Of a stretch of DNA of 64,000 bases, positions 34,147 to 46,319 are shown one piece after another; the first letter of the stretch is position 1; each line of letters starts with the position of its first letter. Below the pieces are notes generated by a model that had not been told where the DNA came from, did no database searches, and saw only the letters and a program-made list of their open reading frames with translations. The DNA lies in the NCBI GenBank assembly GCA_002269645.1, contig NIVC01000390.1:248001-312000 (forward strand), in the 5' to 3' direction. The translations under genes and the position numbers were made by a program. This DNA is from Macrostomum lignano. Lineage: Eukaryota.

Positions 34147-37100
34147 TGCCAGCGACTACCTGGTGTCTGCAGATCAACACCCAGCACTGCGTGGCGGCGT
34201 CGGTCAATCTGATGCGCACGGCAGAGCAACAGCTTCCGGGCCTGGTCTTCGTACAGGAGCCCTGGATGACTAAAGGTAAGCCAAATAATGTGCCATCTGG
34301 CTACCACTGTTTTTGCATGGCGGGCTCTCAGCCTCGCCCAAGATCTCTGGTCTTTGCTGCGAAAGCTTTTGAGGCATGGATGAGACCTGATCTCTCGTCT
34401 GGGGACATCTGTGTTGTTCAAATCAATAACCTCATTCCCAATAAACCTGTGCTGGTAGCATCTGCCTATTCCCCGGGCGATGCCCCAGTTGTCTGCGACG
34501 CGCTAGTCAACCTTATTGACTATGCTGCGTCCCATCGGTTCGAGCTGCTCATTGCAGGGGATGTGAACGCACACCACCTGCATTGGGGCAGCAAAAACAT
34601 CAATAGCAGAGGCGAGGAGCTGCTGGCCTATGTCAGCAGCACTAACCTCAATTTCTGTAACGTGGGCAATGCACCAACGTTCAATAATGGGCGGTGGGCC
34701 GAAGTCATCGACACCACCATCGCCTCACCCGGACTGCTTTCCGCAGTTACGGGCTGGCGAGTGTGGGACGAGGACTCGCTCTCGGACCACCGCTTTATCC
34801 GCTTTTGCATTGGGCCGACCAAGCAAAAGCCTAAGGTCACTTGGAGTCGGAACGTCAGGAACACCGATTGGGCCGCCTTTGGCTCGAAGCTGAGCCGCGG
34901 CCTTCGGGATCTTGACCCCCCAGTGACCTCTCTGACTGCCAGGTGGTGGATGATCTCGCCTCCTCCCTGGGCGGGCGATCACCACTGCCTTTGAAGCAGC
35001 CTGCCCTCTAAAGCCTATAAAGGCAAGAAATCTGCTCCCTGGTGGAACCCAGAGCTCGGGGCCCTTCGGCGCCGAGCCAGGACCCTCCAAAGGCGAGCGC
35101 TCAAAACCAAAGACCCATCTGACAGAGAGGCCTATACCCGTGCGATCCACGAGTTTAAGGGCCAAGTCAGAAGGGCCAAGATGGCCAAGTGGCGCCAATA
35201 CTGCGAAGGGCTTGAGGGCTCTCGCCCCGTAGCCCGCGTGGTTAAGGCACTCACGAATGACCGTTTTTCTAAACTCTCTGTTGTAAAGAGACCTGACGGC
35301 TCGGTCACAGGGAGCTCTGAAGAGACTCTGGAGCTAATGCTCAACAGTTTCTTCCCTAAATCTCCGACTCAGCAGGGCCCGCCTGACCACACAGTGGGAG
35401 GGCAAGGCCTAGCAAAGTCTATAATCACCAAAGACCGCATTATTAGAGCGGCAAGGTCCTTTAACCCGTTCAAGGCGCCTGGGCCCGACGGCATCTACCC
35501 AGCGTTCTTGCACGAGGCGGCGAAAAACCACCGCTTTCTGGACCTCCTCTGTCGTCTCCTCCGAGCTTGTGTGGAACTGGGCTATGTACCAGTTGCGTGG
35601 AGAGAGGCCCGGGTGGTCTTTATCCCCAAGCCTGGAAAGAGCGATCACCAATCGGTGAAGGCCTTCAGGCCTATCAGCCTCACTTCTTTCTGCCTCAAGC
35701 TCCTCGAGAGACTGGTGCTCTGGCGCCTACTTTCAGTCGAGCTGAAGCGCTTCCCACTCTCGCAGAACCAGGACGCCTTCCGCGCGGGCAGGTCTACCGA
35801 GAGTGCCCTCCATGTCATTGTTGACTTCCTGGAGAGGGCCGTTCTTGGCAGCGGCTTTGCCCTCTCGCTTTTTCTGGACATTGAGGGGGCCTTCGACAAC
35901 GTCATCTTCGAGGCCTTTTGCAGAGCCCTGGAATCCAGGGCCACGCACCCTCACCTTGTCCGGTGGATCATGTTCATGATCCGGAACCGCACTGTTGTGG
36001 CCCACCTGAACGGCAGCTCTCTTTCGGCGCCTGTCCAAAAAGGGGGCCCCCAGGGCGGAGTTCTCACCCCCGTTCTCTGGAACATGGTCATGGATGAGCT
36101 GCTTTGCAGTGATCTCCACGACCCCATTCTCAAGGTGGGCTATGCCGATGACGTGACCGCGATCTGCGCGGGCCCCTCGGTTGACACCATCAGAGATCTT
36201 CTGCAGGGCTTTCTGGGACGAGCGGAGCGTTGGGCAAACCAATGTGGTCTTAGACTCTCAGAGTCGAAGACCACAGCGGTCATGTTTACCAACAAACTGC
36301 TCTGGACCATTAAGCCCCTCACCCTCTATGGAAAGAACATTTCCATGGAGAAGCAGGTCCGCTGCCTGGGCCTCACTCTGGACCACAGGCTCAACTGGAC
36401 TCCGCACACTCAAACTAAAGCCAAAAAAGCCCTGGCTGTCCTGGCTCAGATCAGGCGCGCCGTGGGCACCACCTGGGGGCTCACCCCCAGGAAGCTGTGG
36501 TGGATTTACACTGCAATCATCCGCCCCTCGATCAGTTACGCCAGCCTCGTGTGGGCTAGCGGTCTGGGCGTCAAGAGTAACCTCGACGCTCTCTACAAAA
36601 TCCAGGGCAGAGCCTGCCGCATGACTATGGGCGCTCCACCCTCTACTCCTTTTGAAGGCATGAATGCCTTCCTCTGCACCCCTCCTCTGGATATTTATAT
36701 CAAAGGAGAGGCGGCGAAGAGCACCCGGCGTCTTCTGGATGCTGGGGTGGCCTTCAAGAAAGTGCGGGCCTTTAAGAAGCGGTCGCTTATCCCGCACTCT
36801 GACCTCTGCCTCAAGGCTCTAGAAGAATGTGGCGGGCTCAACATCCTCTCGGACTCGATCCCAGCCACCCTTCTCCTGAGCCAAAGGTATAAGGTCACTA
36901 TTCAGCCTCGACATGAGGCGAGTGACAGCTGGAGCGATTCTGAAGTCCACTGTTACACTGACGGCTCTATGAAGCATGGTCTTTCAGGCTTCGGAGCGTG
37001 CGTCTTCTTCAAGGGAGAAGTGGCGTGGAGCTACTCCCAGCACACTGGGCTCAACTCCAGTGTTTTTCAGAGCGAGGTGCTTGCCATCAGCTCCTGCGCG

Positions 37101-37842
37101 GCAGAACTGCGCCGAAGGCAGCTTAGCGGTCGGAAGCTTATTTTTCACTCTGACAGCCAAGCAGCCCTTCGGGCCCTCTGCCGCTGCACCACCAGCTCCA
37201 GGTCTGTCCTGGACTGCAACACCCAGCTCAACGGGCTTGCGCTAGGCAACCAGGTAGAGCTCAGATGGATCCCGGGCCACGCCGGTTTCCTCGGCAACGA
37301 GCGCGCCGACCTGCTGGCCAAGGCTGGCTCCGCCGGCGCGCTGCTGGGGCCGGGCCCGGGGCCCCCATCCCCGCCTCGGTGATCAACTCCCGCGTTAAGC
37401 GCTGGGCTGACTCCGAGCATCTCCGCAGGTGGCACGACACCCGGAATTGTAGGCAATCCCGGGCGGCCGTCCCTGCCCCTCCCCTCTCCTGCGTAGAGCC
37501 CTCCTCAGGCTCAACCGCAGAGACCTCAGAGCAGTTAGCATGGCCCTCTCCGGGCATGGCTGCTTCTCTCGCCACCGCTTCCTTCAGGGCCAGGTACCCG
37601 AGGAGCGGTGCCCCTTCTGCCGCTCAGGCAGTGAAAACGCCGAGAATTTTATCTGCCACTGCCCGGTTTTCACCAGGGCCAGGCTCACTCACCTCGAGCC
37701 AAACCCGGTTCTCTCCAACGTTTGCAGGCCCGAGAGCATCCCGTTGCTCGCCCGGTACCTCAGGGACACGGGACGAGCCGATTTCTTCCCCACTGTCGGT
37801 GAGGAGGATCGCGCTGCAGGCGAGACCGACGGGTCCCCCTGA
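34143..37842 (+). CDS. LINE ORF2: AP endonuclease, reverse transcriptase, RNase H and C-terminal Cys/His motif; several single-base frameshifts
   Basis: QINTQHC, VQEPW, GDVNAH, DSLSDH (APE); KAPGPDG, FRPISL, FLDIEGAFD, GPQGGVL, YADD (RT); YTDGS, QSEVLAI, HSDSQAAL, WIPGHAG..GNERAD (RNase H); CPFC..ENFICHC. Confidence 0.9.
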
Positions 37843-37958
37843 GCGACTTCACTTCAACGGAAGTCATTGGTCGCCAGGGGCTAGCGGAATGGGCGGTCTC
37901 CTCCGCCTCCCCGCTGCATCCGCCGGACGCCCCCTGCAGCTAAGTCAAGTAAGTCAAG

Positions 37959-38075
37959 TCCGTACATCTGTACGCAGCCTTCAGATGCGCCGCGCAATAG
38001 CTGCGGCTGAGCTGTCAGTTGCACATCTGGCCATTAGGGCAGGTGTAATCATTTATTACCATTATTGTTATTACG
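37959..38075 (+). mobile_element. CORE-type SINE (family B), 3' part resuming after the LINE
   Basis: GCAGCCTTCAGATGCGCCGCGCAATAGCTGCGGCTGAGCTGTCAGTTGC..GGGCAGGTG plus an ATT-rich tail; matches 9220-9306. Confidence 0.88.
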
Positions 38076-38235
38076 CAATAAAAAAATAATTGCATCAACG
38101 GGACGCCGCTCAAATACTTTCCATTGCAAAATAGCCTTGTTAGCTAACTCACAGAAGCTATTGTACTCGTAGTTATCGTAGCTTTGCGTTTCTAAATAAT
38201 TGTGGACTTAGTTTGAAAAACCCTTGGAAAGAAGC

Positions 38236-41200
38236 TTAAACTTGGGTTCTGCTGAAGTTTCTGTTCTGCAACTGCTGCTTAGGCACTGGAGGCACAATAG
38301 ACTGAGCTCCGGTCTCTGCTTCAGTTGGCCTGTGGCCTGGCTCAACGTCAAACTCGAGGTCGAGGCCGGTGTTGACTCTGCCAGCGCTCTCGGTTGTCGT
38401 TCGAGTGGCTCCCTGCGACCGGGCGATCCGCGTAAAGGCGGACAGTTGAAGCAGCAGCTCGGCCATCTCGCACAGGGTGAGCAGACTCATGCCCAGGTAG
38501 AGGCCCAGTATGCCGCCAATGTCAGACAGCAGGTCATAGATCTCGTAGCCCCAGCTCTCCTCGGTGCGCAGGCCAAGGCCCTGTGCGTCCCCAACTCGTA
38601 TTCGCAGAGACAGAAGGTTTTTAAGAGCTTCGCCGCTACCTATCGTGTTGTAAGCGGAGTACAAGTTCCAGTTGGTGCGTCGAACGAACTCAGTGTTGAC
38701 GCCACCACCGAAGCCCGTTGATGAGTTGTTCAAATAGTAGACATTCGACTGCAGCCAGCGCTGCACTAGCGGACGAAGGAATTCAACGCTTGCCACTGGC
38801 CAACTGTTGGACATGAAGTCGGCTGAATAGGCTCGGCTGACGCAGCGGTTCAAACAGCTGGAGAGGCGGCTGTCATTGCTCGCCAGGATCCGAGCACGTC
38901 GCAGGCAGGTCTCGTTATCAAGCAGGCGTTCCAGCACAGCCGGCAGCTGGCGGTAGACAGATGCATTCTCAGCGGAGGACGCGTTGCCCCATACTGATTC
39001 GAATGCTGCAATGACCTACAATGTTATCAATGTTGATTAGAGTATATTCAACTTTTAAAATCAATAATTATTGACTTCTAATGGCAGGAATCTATGAATA
39101 TATATTAGTAAGAGCTACGAAGAAACGACAAGGCATCAATAATCCAGCAGATTGTAATTCACCCAGCGCATGTACCTCGTCGATGACTTTTCCCGGATTA
39201 GAGCTCACGATGCCGTCGATCAGTCGCGACAAATTCGCCCGTCGCGGCTTAAGTAGAAACTCGTCGCTAATTGGCAGACTGGGATCGATGAAGCCGCAGG
39301 TCTCTAGCAGCACCTGCTGGGCCACCCGGATGCGACAATCCAGGGGTTGACTTGAGAACTCCGCCAATGTGGGTTGTCCGTCCTGAATTATCATGTACTG
39401 CTCAGTGGTTCCGGCGTCTGCTTCAGAGAGGCAGGATTCTTTGCGACGGTTCTTCGCTGAGTACTCCTGGATAATTTTTCATTGAGCAATGCGTTTAGGA
39501 TGGTTTACAGAAAAATATTTTGTCAATTTCCATATAGTGCGAAAAATCGCAAAAAAATCACATAAAACAAAGATAGAAAAAGAGTATCAACAGTCGAAAG
39601 ACCAGCGTTCTCACTAACAATTAAGCTTTTGGTCAGCTCGTAAAAGCGTCATCAAGAGGCATGCTTTATGCCCCAGGGATTACTGAATACCGGAAACTAC
39701 GAAAGTTGGAGGCCGATCTATTAATAACTTAGTCCTCGAAGAGCATTGCTTGGATAGGTTAACGTTGTAAGTCAGTGAGTTTGTCTGTGGTAGTATTCGA
39801 TAGTTTTCCATCCCTAGTATTCAGTAGTCCCTGAATGCCCTCATGAAGACTATTGTCTTAAGCTAAGCTGAGGGAAGCCAAATGACAGACCTGATAGCGG
39901 ACATCCACTACTGTCTCCTGATTGCAGGAAGCCTCGACTGACTGTCCGTTTGTCGGATAAGTACCGGGCTCGTGCACAAAGACCACCGCGCCGCCATTGG
40001 TCTGCATGTTGAAGATATCGCCAGGCAATTTGGCCAAAACGGCGGTGACCGCCGGCTCTTGAGAGGCCGCGTCGGCGAACAGCACCAAGTGCAGCTCGTT
40101 GAGATTGCTGACGTCGGTGCCGGGTCGTCGGCTGACGAACTTTGCCGTGCTGAAGCTCAGACAAGAAGCATACGCTGGCAGAGTCAGGTGCGTAAAGTCG
40201 CGATAGTCGCAGGCCAGGCTGCCAAAGGAACAGCGAAGAAGCATCTGGCTGGCTTGGGGGCGTACTGGGACACTCGCGACATGCCGTAGGTGTCCCGGAT
40301 CACAAGGTCTGTGGGGTGGTGGGGGGAAAACACTACTCTTGCAGTGCTTTTGTTGTTTTTTCCGCAGTTCCGCAGCAGTTTAGTTAGTTAAATTGGCAAG
40401 TTGCACAGCCAGTGAGTAAGCATGCAGTCAGGAGGCCCATTGTCGATTGACCACGCGCGCGTGCAAGATTTCATTCCTGCACACTTATGCGTGCAGGATG
40501 TTATTCGTGCGATTTATTCAAGAGTATACTATGGTGGAATGTAATGAACTTCTTCAGGCCGTCTCGCTTACTGTACATTTCACAGCCATCAATTATCGAT
40601 CGTTAGACCCACCTAGACCCACCCCCCCCCAAGCCCTCGCTGCGTCTGCCATAAAATATTTTTACCCTTAGCCGCGCCTCTCAGTCTGACACCCCCTTCC
40701 GTGCACAGCCAGCCCTAAAAATTAAGTTAATTTGTCTACCTAGACCTTATCCGATCGACTGCTGCAGCTCTGGTCAGATTCATACCAGAGAGAGAGGGGG
40801 CCCTCTTACATAGTCAATCATTTTGATAAGCGCAGCATTTTGATAAAACTTCTTAATGTTAGTATGTGGGGGCTCTGTTTGTGTCTGTGGTAGTATTCGT
40901 CCCTAGTATTCCATTTTTCCATCCCTAGTTTTATTCAGTATACTGAACTCGTGCTTTTCTGCCATTGACGCACTCATCATCAATCCATCCAAAAGGAGCT
41001 AGAGTGATGTAGTGAGTCAAAATAAAACTCTCAGGTTTAACTATGGAAACTGTAAAACGAGCTTAGTTTTAACAGTGTCACGCACACAGCGATCAATTGG
41101 GCCGGAATGTCATCTATATTTACTTTGATACCCACTGAAATCTCCAGTCATTGTCCAAGAAACCGGATCCGATTTCTCACGGAATTCTAAATGCTAAAAC

Positions 41201-43872
41201 CAAAAGCCAGCATATACTCGTAAAAGTACTGTTTTAGTTTCGAATCACTTTCCTGCTAAAGAATCGTAGCTGTACTCGTAGGCATAGTGCAAAATTATGG
41301 TGGAAACCATCAGTATAATAGAAAAAAGAAGACAGTACATTCGCACCTGGGAGCCGGGTAAACCTTGCCTGCATAGCCTCATGGCCTTATTAATTCAATA
41401 GGGATTTTGTTGTCCGCTCCCAGGGGAAATTTCTTAGAGGAGACCATCGTAATATCTTTCATTTGGACTTGATCAATCATTTCGTTTCATTTTGTTTCTT
41501 GGCGAGGCGTCAAGATAATAAAAGCAAAAAGGATAATGAAATTCTGTTTTTGAATCCTTGAACCCGGAGGATTTATAAAATTCATAAAGGCACAGCTCCC
41601 TTTCCAATGACTAATTTCTCGAAAACATCTCGCCATTTCGGGTTTGCAATGCTTTTACTCAGCCTCTCACTAAATTTTCATATTCACTTGGTCTCACCGT
41701 CTCATTTGAGCTCGTACCCTCGAATGCACGCTCGAAGCAGCTCAGTAAGTACGTTGTGCGTCGAACTGTAGCCAGAGAAAGTTTCACCAGAGAGAACTCT
41801 TCAGTAATCTTAGTTTTTATTACGAGTATTCCGGAAGCTTCCTCGGGAGGTAACCCAACTTTTTTCCTCGGGACTAAGCCCAGAATACTCCGTAAAGACT
41901 AGTCGCATACGCGGTGCTCCTATTCCATTTCTATGCCCCAATCTGCACGCATTTGGTCCATCTAAAAACTGTTTATTGCCAGATTCCAGCAAAGGCTGGG
42001 ACCGCTCCTGTGAATAATATCCGCAGGAAACTTCCTGATTTTTAAATGTTCTTTTTGCTGGAAAATTCTGGCTTCATTTCAACTAGAAAAGTACTCAGTA
42101 CTCTGAAGAAACCCTTCTGAACTAAGAGAGGCCTCAATATAGCTCACAATCGGACTTGTGCGGACTAAATCGAGTTTAGTATAGTTCAACTCAAGGCTCA
42201 TTTGAGTTCATAATAGATTGCATTTTCCCCCAAGGCAATGCTTGTTCCCGCGTCTGGCCTGAGCCAGAATCGCGCATTAAACTGATTAAATTGACACTCT
42301 TTAGCGCAATGGAAAGGCAGTTCATCGAAATTTTCTCATTATAGGTACCGATTCTTTCCATGATAATGGACTTTCATCAATCCTAAGTCCTAATACTGTT
42401 GTAATTACCCTTGAAGGCAAGCCACATCAATTAGTTTTGGGGAGATTAGGCGTGAAGTCTTAAGTAGGCCCGATGTTTCCTTTCAAACAGCCTTGAAAGA
42501 AATTTTTCAAGTCTCCAATGGAAACTTACTCGGCAGGTTATATACAGTGTCGTCTTTCACTCTTAGCAGATCAAGGTCCAATTCGTAGGCTCCAAAGTTT
42601 TCTATCAGGTACTGGCGCACAGTCCTGTTCAGTATGCCTCGCACCTTTTGAATGTCCTCGAACAGCGGTTGAAACTCCGGCCTGAGGCTGTAGGCGTACC
42701 CTCCGTCGGAGCTGGCGCCAGACGGGGGCTCCTGGTTGATGATGTTGCTAATGCCGAACATCATCTTGTTGCAAACGGTCACATCCGGGTAGACAAACTT
42801 GCTGCCCTTTGGGTCCACCTTGGTTGTGATCGGCTCGTCATAATACTTGATCACCAGGGTGGAAAGGTGTACAGCCAGGCCGCAGAAGGCGCAGGTGATG
42901 AGACCCAGCCAGCTCAGCTGGAGGCCTCTGGTCGGCTGGTTGAGCTTGTGAAATCCGTGGGCAGTTGTGCTGGCAGCGAAGAAGCGCAGAGCATCTTTGC
43001 GACGCGTTGGTTGTTCGGAAGAACCGGAGTGACCGTTGTAGGATTGCTGCTGCTGCTGCTGCTGCTGCTCTCTAGACGACAGCGTCTCACCATTCGGTGT
43101 CTCATCACTGGTTAACCTAAGAAATAAGAAAAAACACAATTAAAACAAAAACGGTCACAAGTCCAAGTGTTCATAAGTCCAAGCGTTCACAAGTCCAAGC
43201 GTTCACAAGTCCAAACGGTCACAATTCCAAGTGCTCACAAGTCCAGGCGGGGACAAATCTAAGCGGTCACAATTCCAAGTGTTCACAAATCCAAGAGGTC
43301 ACAAGTCCAAGCGGTCACAAGTTCAAACGGTCACAAGTCCAAGTGTTCACAAGTCCAAGCGGTCAAGAGTCCAAGCGGTCACAAATCCAAGTGGTCACAA
43401 ATCTAAGCGGTCACAAATCCAAGCGGTCACAAGTCCAAGCGGTCACAAGTTCAAACGGTCACAAGTCCAAGTGTTCACAAGTTTAAGCGGTCACAAGTCC
43501 AAACGGTCACAAATCCGTCTTTACAAGTCCAAGCGGTAACAAATCCAAGCGGTCACAAATCTAAGCGGTCACAAGTCCAAGTGTTCACAAGTCCAAGCGG
43601 TCACAAGTCCAAGTGTTCACAAGTCCAAGCTGTCACAAGTCCAAGCGGTCACAAGTCCAAGCGGTCACAAGTCCAAGCTATCACTAAATAGTTTAAATGG
43701 TTGGTATTCAGAAGTGCTTAAAATGTCTTGAACAACTTGTCCATTTTATGACATCACTAAGTAGTCTGTATGCTTCTTTCACGTACTGTCAAGACACAAC
43801 AACAAAAGTGATAGGATCACCTTACCCAGCATCATTTTGCTGTTGATTCTGGTGATTTTGCCTCTCCTGCAT
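38236..43872 (-). CDS. DEG/ENaC-family amiloride-sensitive sodium channel; exons 43872-43826, 43116-42530, 42057-41860, 40308-39891, 39466-39176, 39015-38236
   Basis: STTAHG pre-TM1 motif, TM1, YPDVTVCN, MLLRCSF, FVHEPG and TM2 DLLSDIGGILGLYLGMSLLT. Phases fit except at the exon 3-4 join, which needs a 1-nt indel near 40250 or a weak donor. Confidence 0.88.
43153..43678. repeat. 16-bp minisatellite (AAGTCCAAGCGGTCAC)n in ENaC intron 1
   Basis: About 33 units with variants. Confidence 0.95.
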
Positions 43873-44434
43873 GGTTAGTTTTCAGAAAGCGCCACTTCGA
43901 GCTAATGGCTAAGGGATGAAGAATTTCTCAGTTAACACTCGTTAAGCTTAGGCCACAGCTTATGGAGAGAACTAAACAGGCATTCCAGAAAGTTCCATGC
44001 ACCGATTTCGCTAGCGTCTGTCTGCACGCATATTTTATTAGAAATCCCATTTTGAGCAAAGACGTATTTTCCCAAATGCTGTCCCAGTCCAATGGGAAGT
44101 CGGATGAAAGCCACCGGGGTGAGTCGCATCCGCAGTCAGTTCTGATTTGCCCCCTGCAGCTGCTGTCCCATTAAGTGCAGAGTTCAGTCCCCCTCCCTTC
44201 TCCTCGGCAAATGTGAGCAATGAAAAACCCTATTGTGTTGGTTTCTGGCTAGTAAATTAGTTCTATGCAGCTGCGCACTAATGGTCTGGTCCACTACAAT
44301 CAACCAAGGAGGCCCAGAACCAGAACCTGGAATAGACGCTCCTCCCCAAATCCTAAAATCTCAGATAACTGTAGGCTGAATGCAGAGCTTCAGTTCACAA
44401 TAGCCGATCAATAAGCCATCAAATAAGCCAAAAA

Positions 44435-45058
44435 ACCCAATCAAGCTGATAAAGAGTCAATCAAGCAGCTTGAGCCAATCAAGCTGATAAAGAGCCAATC
44501 AAGCTGATAAAGAGTCAATCAAGCTGATAAATAGCCAATCAAGCTGATAAAGAGCCAATCAAGCTGATAAAGAGTCAATCAAGCTGATAAAAAGCCAATC
44601 AAGCTGATAAAGAGCCAATCAAGCTGATAAATAGCCAATCAAGCTGATAAAGAGCCAATCAAGCTGATGAAATGCCAATCAAGCTGATAAAGAGCCAATC
44701 AAGCTGATAAAGAGCCAATCAAGCTGATAAAGAGCCAATCAAGCTGATAAAGAGCCAATAAATCTGATAAAGAGTCAATCAAGCTGATAAAGAGCCATAA
44801 AGTTGATAAATAGTCAATCAAGCTGATAAAGAGCCAATCAAGCTGATAAAGAGCCAATAAATCTGATAAAGAGTCAATCAAGCTGATAAAGAGCCATAAA
44901 GTTGATAAATAGTCAATCAAGCTGATAAAGAGCCAATCAAGCTGATAAATAGCCAATCAAGCTGATAAATAGCCAATCAAGCTGATAAATAGCCAATCAA
45001 GCTGATAAATAGTCAATCAAGCTGATAAAGAGCCAATCAAGCTGATAAATAGCCAGTC
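44435..45058. repeat. 20-bp minisatellite (CAATCAAGCTGATAAAGAGC)n with a duplicated 99-bp higher-order block
   Basis: The variant AATCTGATAA recurs at 44761 and 44860. Confidence 0.95.
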
Positions 45059-45967
45059 AGTTCGTGAGACTAATTGCATTCAGGGTTCATCTATTGTTTC
45101 TGTGGCATCATCTAGGCAGGAAAGTTGTCAAATCCTTTTGACTGTTTTTGATTGCCCCACCAACTATTTGGTTTGTTGGTTAACTTTGCAGCTCGCACTT
45201 TACTGATTGATTACAGAGATTTAATTAGTAACCTAATAAATAGCTTCTGTCCCCTGCCGGGCTCCATGACAGGAGTGTCACTCAAAAAAATAGCACAAAT
45301 CGAAGAGGAAGCCTAGAGTGCGCTTGGCTGCACAAGAAAATACATCTGCTCCGTAGCAATACAATAGCTAGCCTAGAAAAATTCCATTAGCATAATAACT
45401 AATAACTATCTCATCTATCTGACTTTGTAGTTTTCTGTCTGAACCTCATTCTTCAAAAGGCAATTATCTGATGGACGCAAATCCTTTCTAATCTTTTTAT
45501 TCAGTGAGAAGCTTGTGAGCACTATGCGATCAGTTTTCTGAATGGTGGCGGGCATAGACACAGTATACGCTCGGTGTATTGACCGAACTGTATTAGAGGG
45601 GGGGGGGTGGGTAGCTGGTCTGCCCAGCAAGACTCATGCACAAAGCGCAAAACAATCAATAATGCTTCACCCGTCTCTGTCTCGGTTGTAAGTCAGGACT
45701 GGCTGCGGGCTGAAATGTAGTCCAGGGGACTCAGGGAGTGACTCAAGCCAGTGTGAGATAAGCTTTTACTTCAATTTACTAATAACTCGGTAAGTTACTA
45801 ATAATTTTACTTGGAAAGAATCGCTTTGCAAGTAAAACAGCCTCGCTGAACTTGAAAAGCCAATTTTGTTCTTCTCGGATCTGGATTCTTAGAGCATCCT
45901 ACTTGTGAGTACGAGTTGCACATCGAAATTTTCTGGAATGCCATGATGCAGCTCAATCTATACTGAT

Positions 45968-46285
45968 AGCCACAAATATCCACAGAGAAAGCATTGTAAC
46001 CACAAATATCCACAGAGAAAGCATTGTAACCACAAATATCCACAGAGAAAGCATTGTAACCACAAATATCCACAGAGAAAGCATTGTAGCCACAAATATC
46101 CACAGAGAAAGCATTTTAGCCACAAGTATCCACAGAGAAAGCATTGCAGCCACAGATATCCACAGAGAAAGCATTGTAGCCACAAATATCAACGGAGAGG
46201 GCATTGTAACCACAAATATCCACAGAGAAAGCATTGTAATCACAAATATCCACAGAGAAAGCATTGGAGGCACAGATATCCACGG
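45968..46285. repeat. 30-bp minisatellite (AGCCACAAATATCCACAGAGAAAGCATTGT)n just upstream of the ABHD14 start codon
   Basis: About 10 units ending about 35 nt before ATG 46320. Confidence 0.95.
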
Positions 46286-46319
46286 ATATCTTACAGCATT
46301 ATATTACAATCAGCAGGCA

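Larger units (their letters stand above)
32164..37958 (+). mobile_element. Full-length non-LTR retrotransposon, LOA/R1-type (ORF1; ORF2 with APE, RT, RNase H and a CCHC-like tail)
   Basis: Flanked by the TSD TCCGTACATC (32154-32163 and 37959-37968); about 480-nt 5' UTR; 3' tail (TAAGTCAAG)2. The domain order with RNase H fits the LOA clade. Confidence 0.92.
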
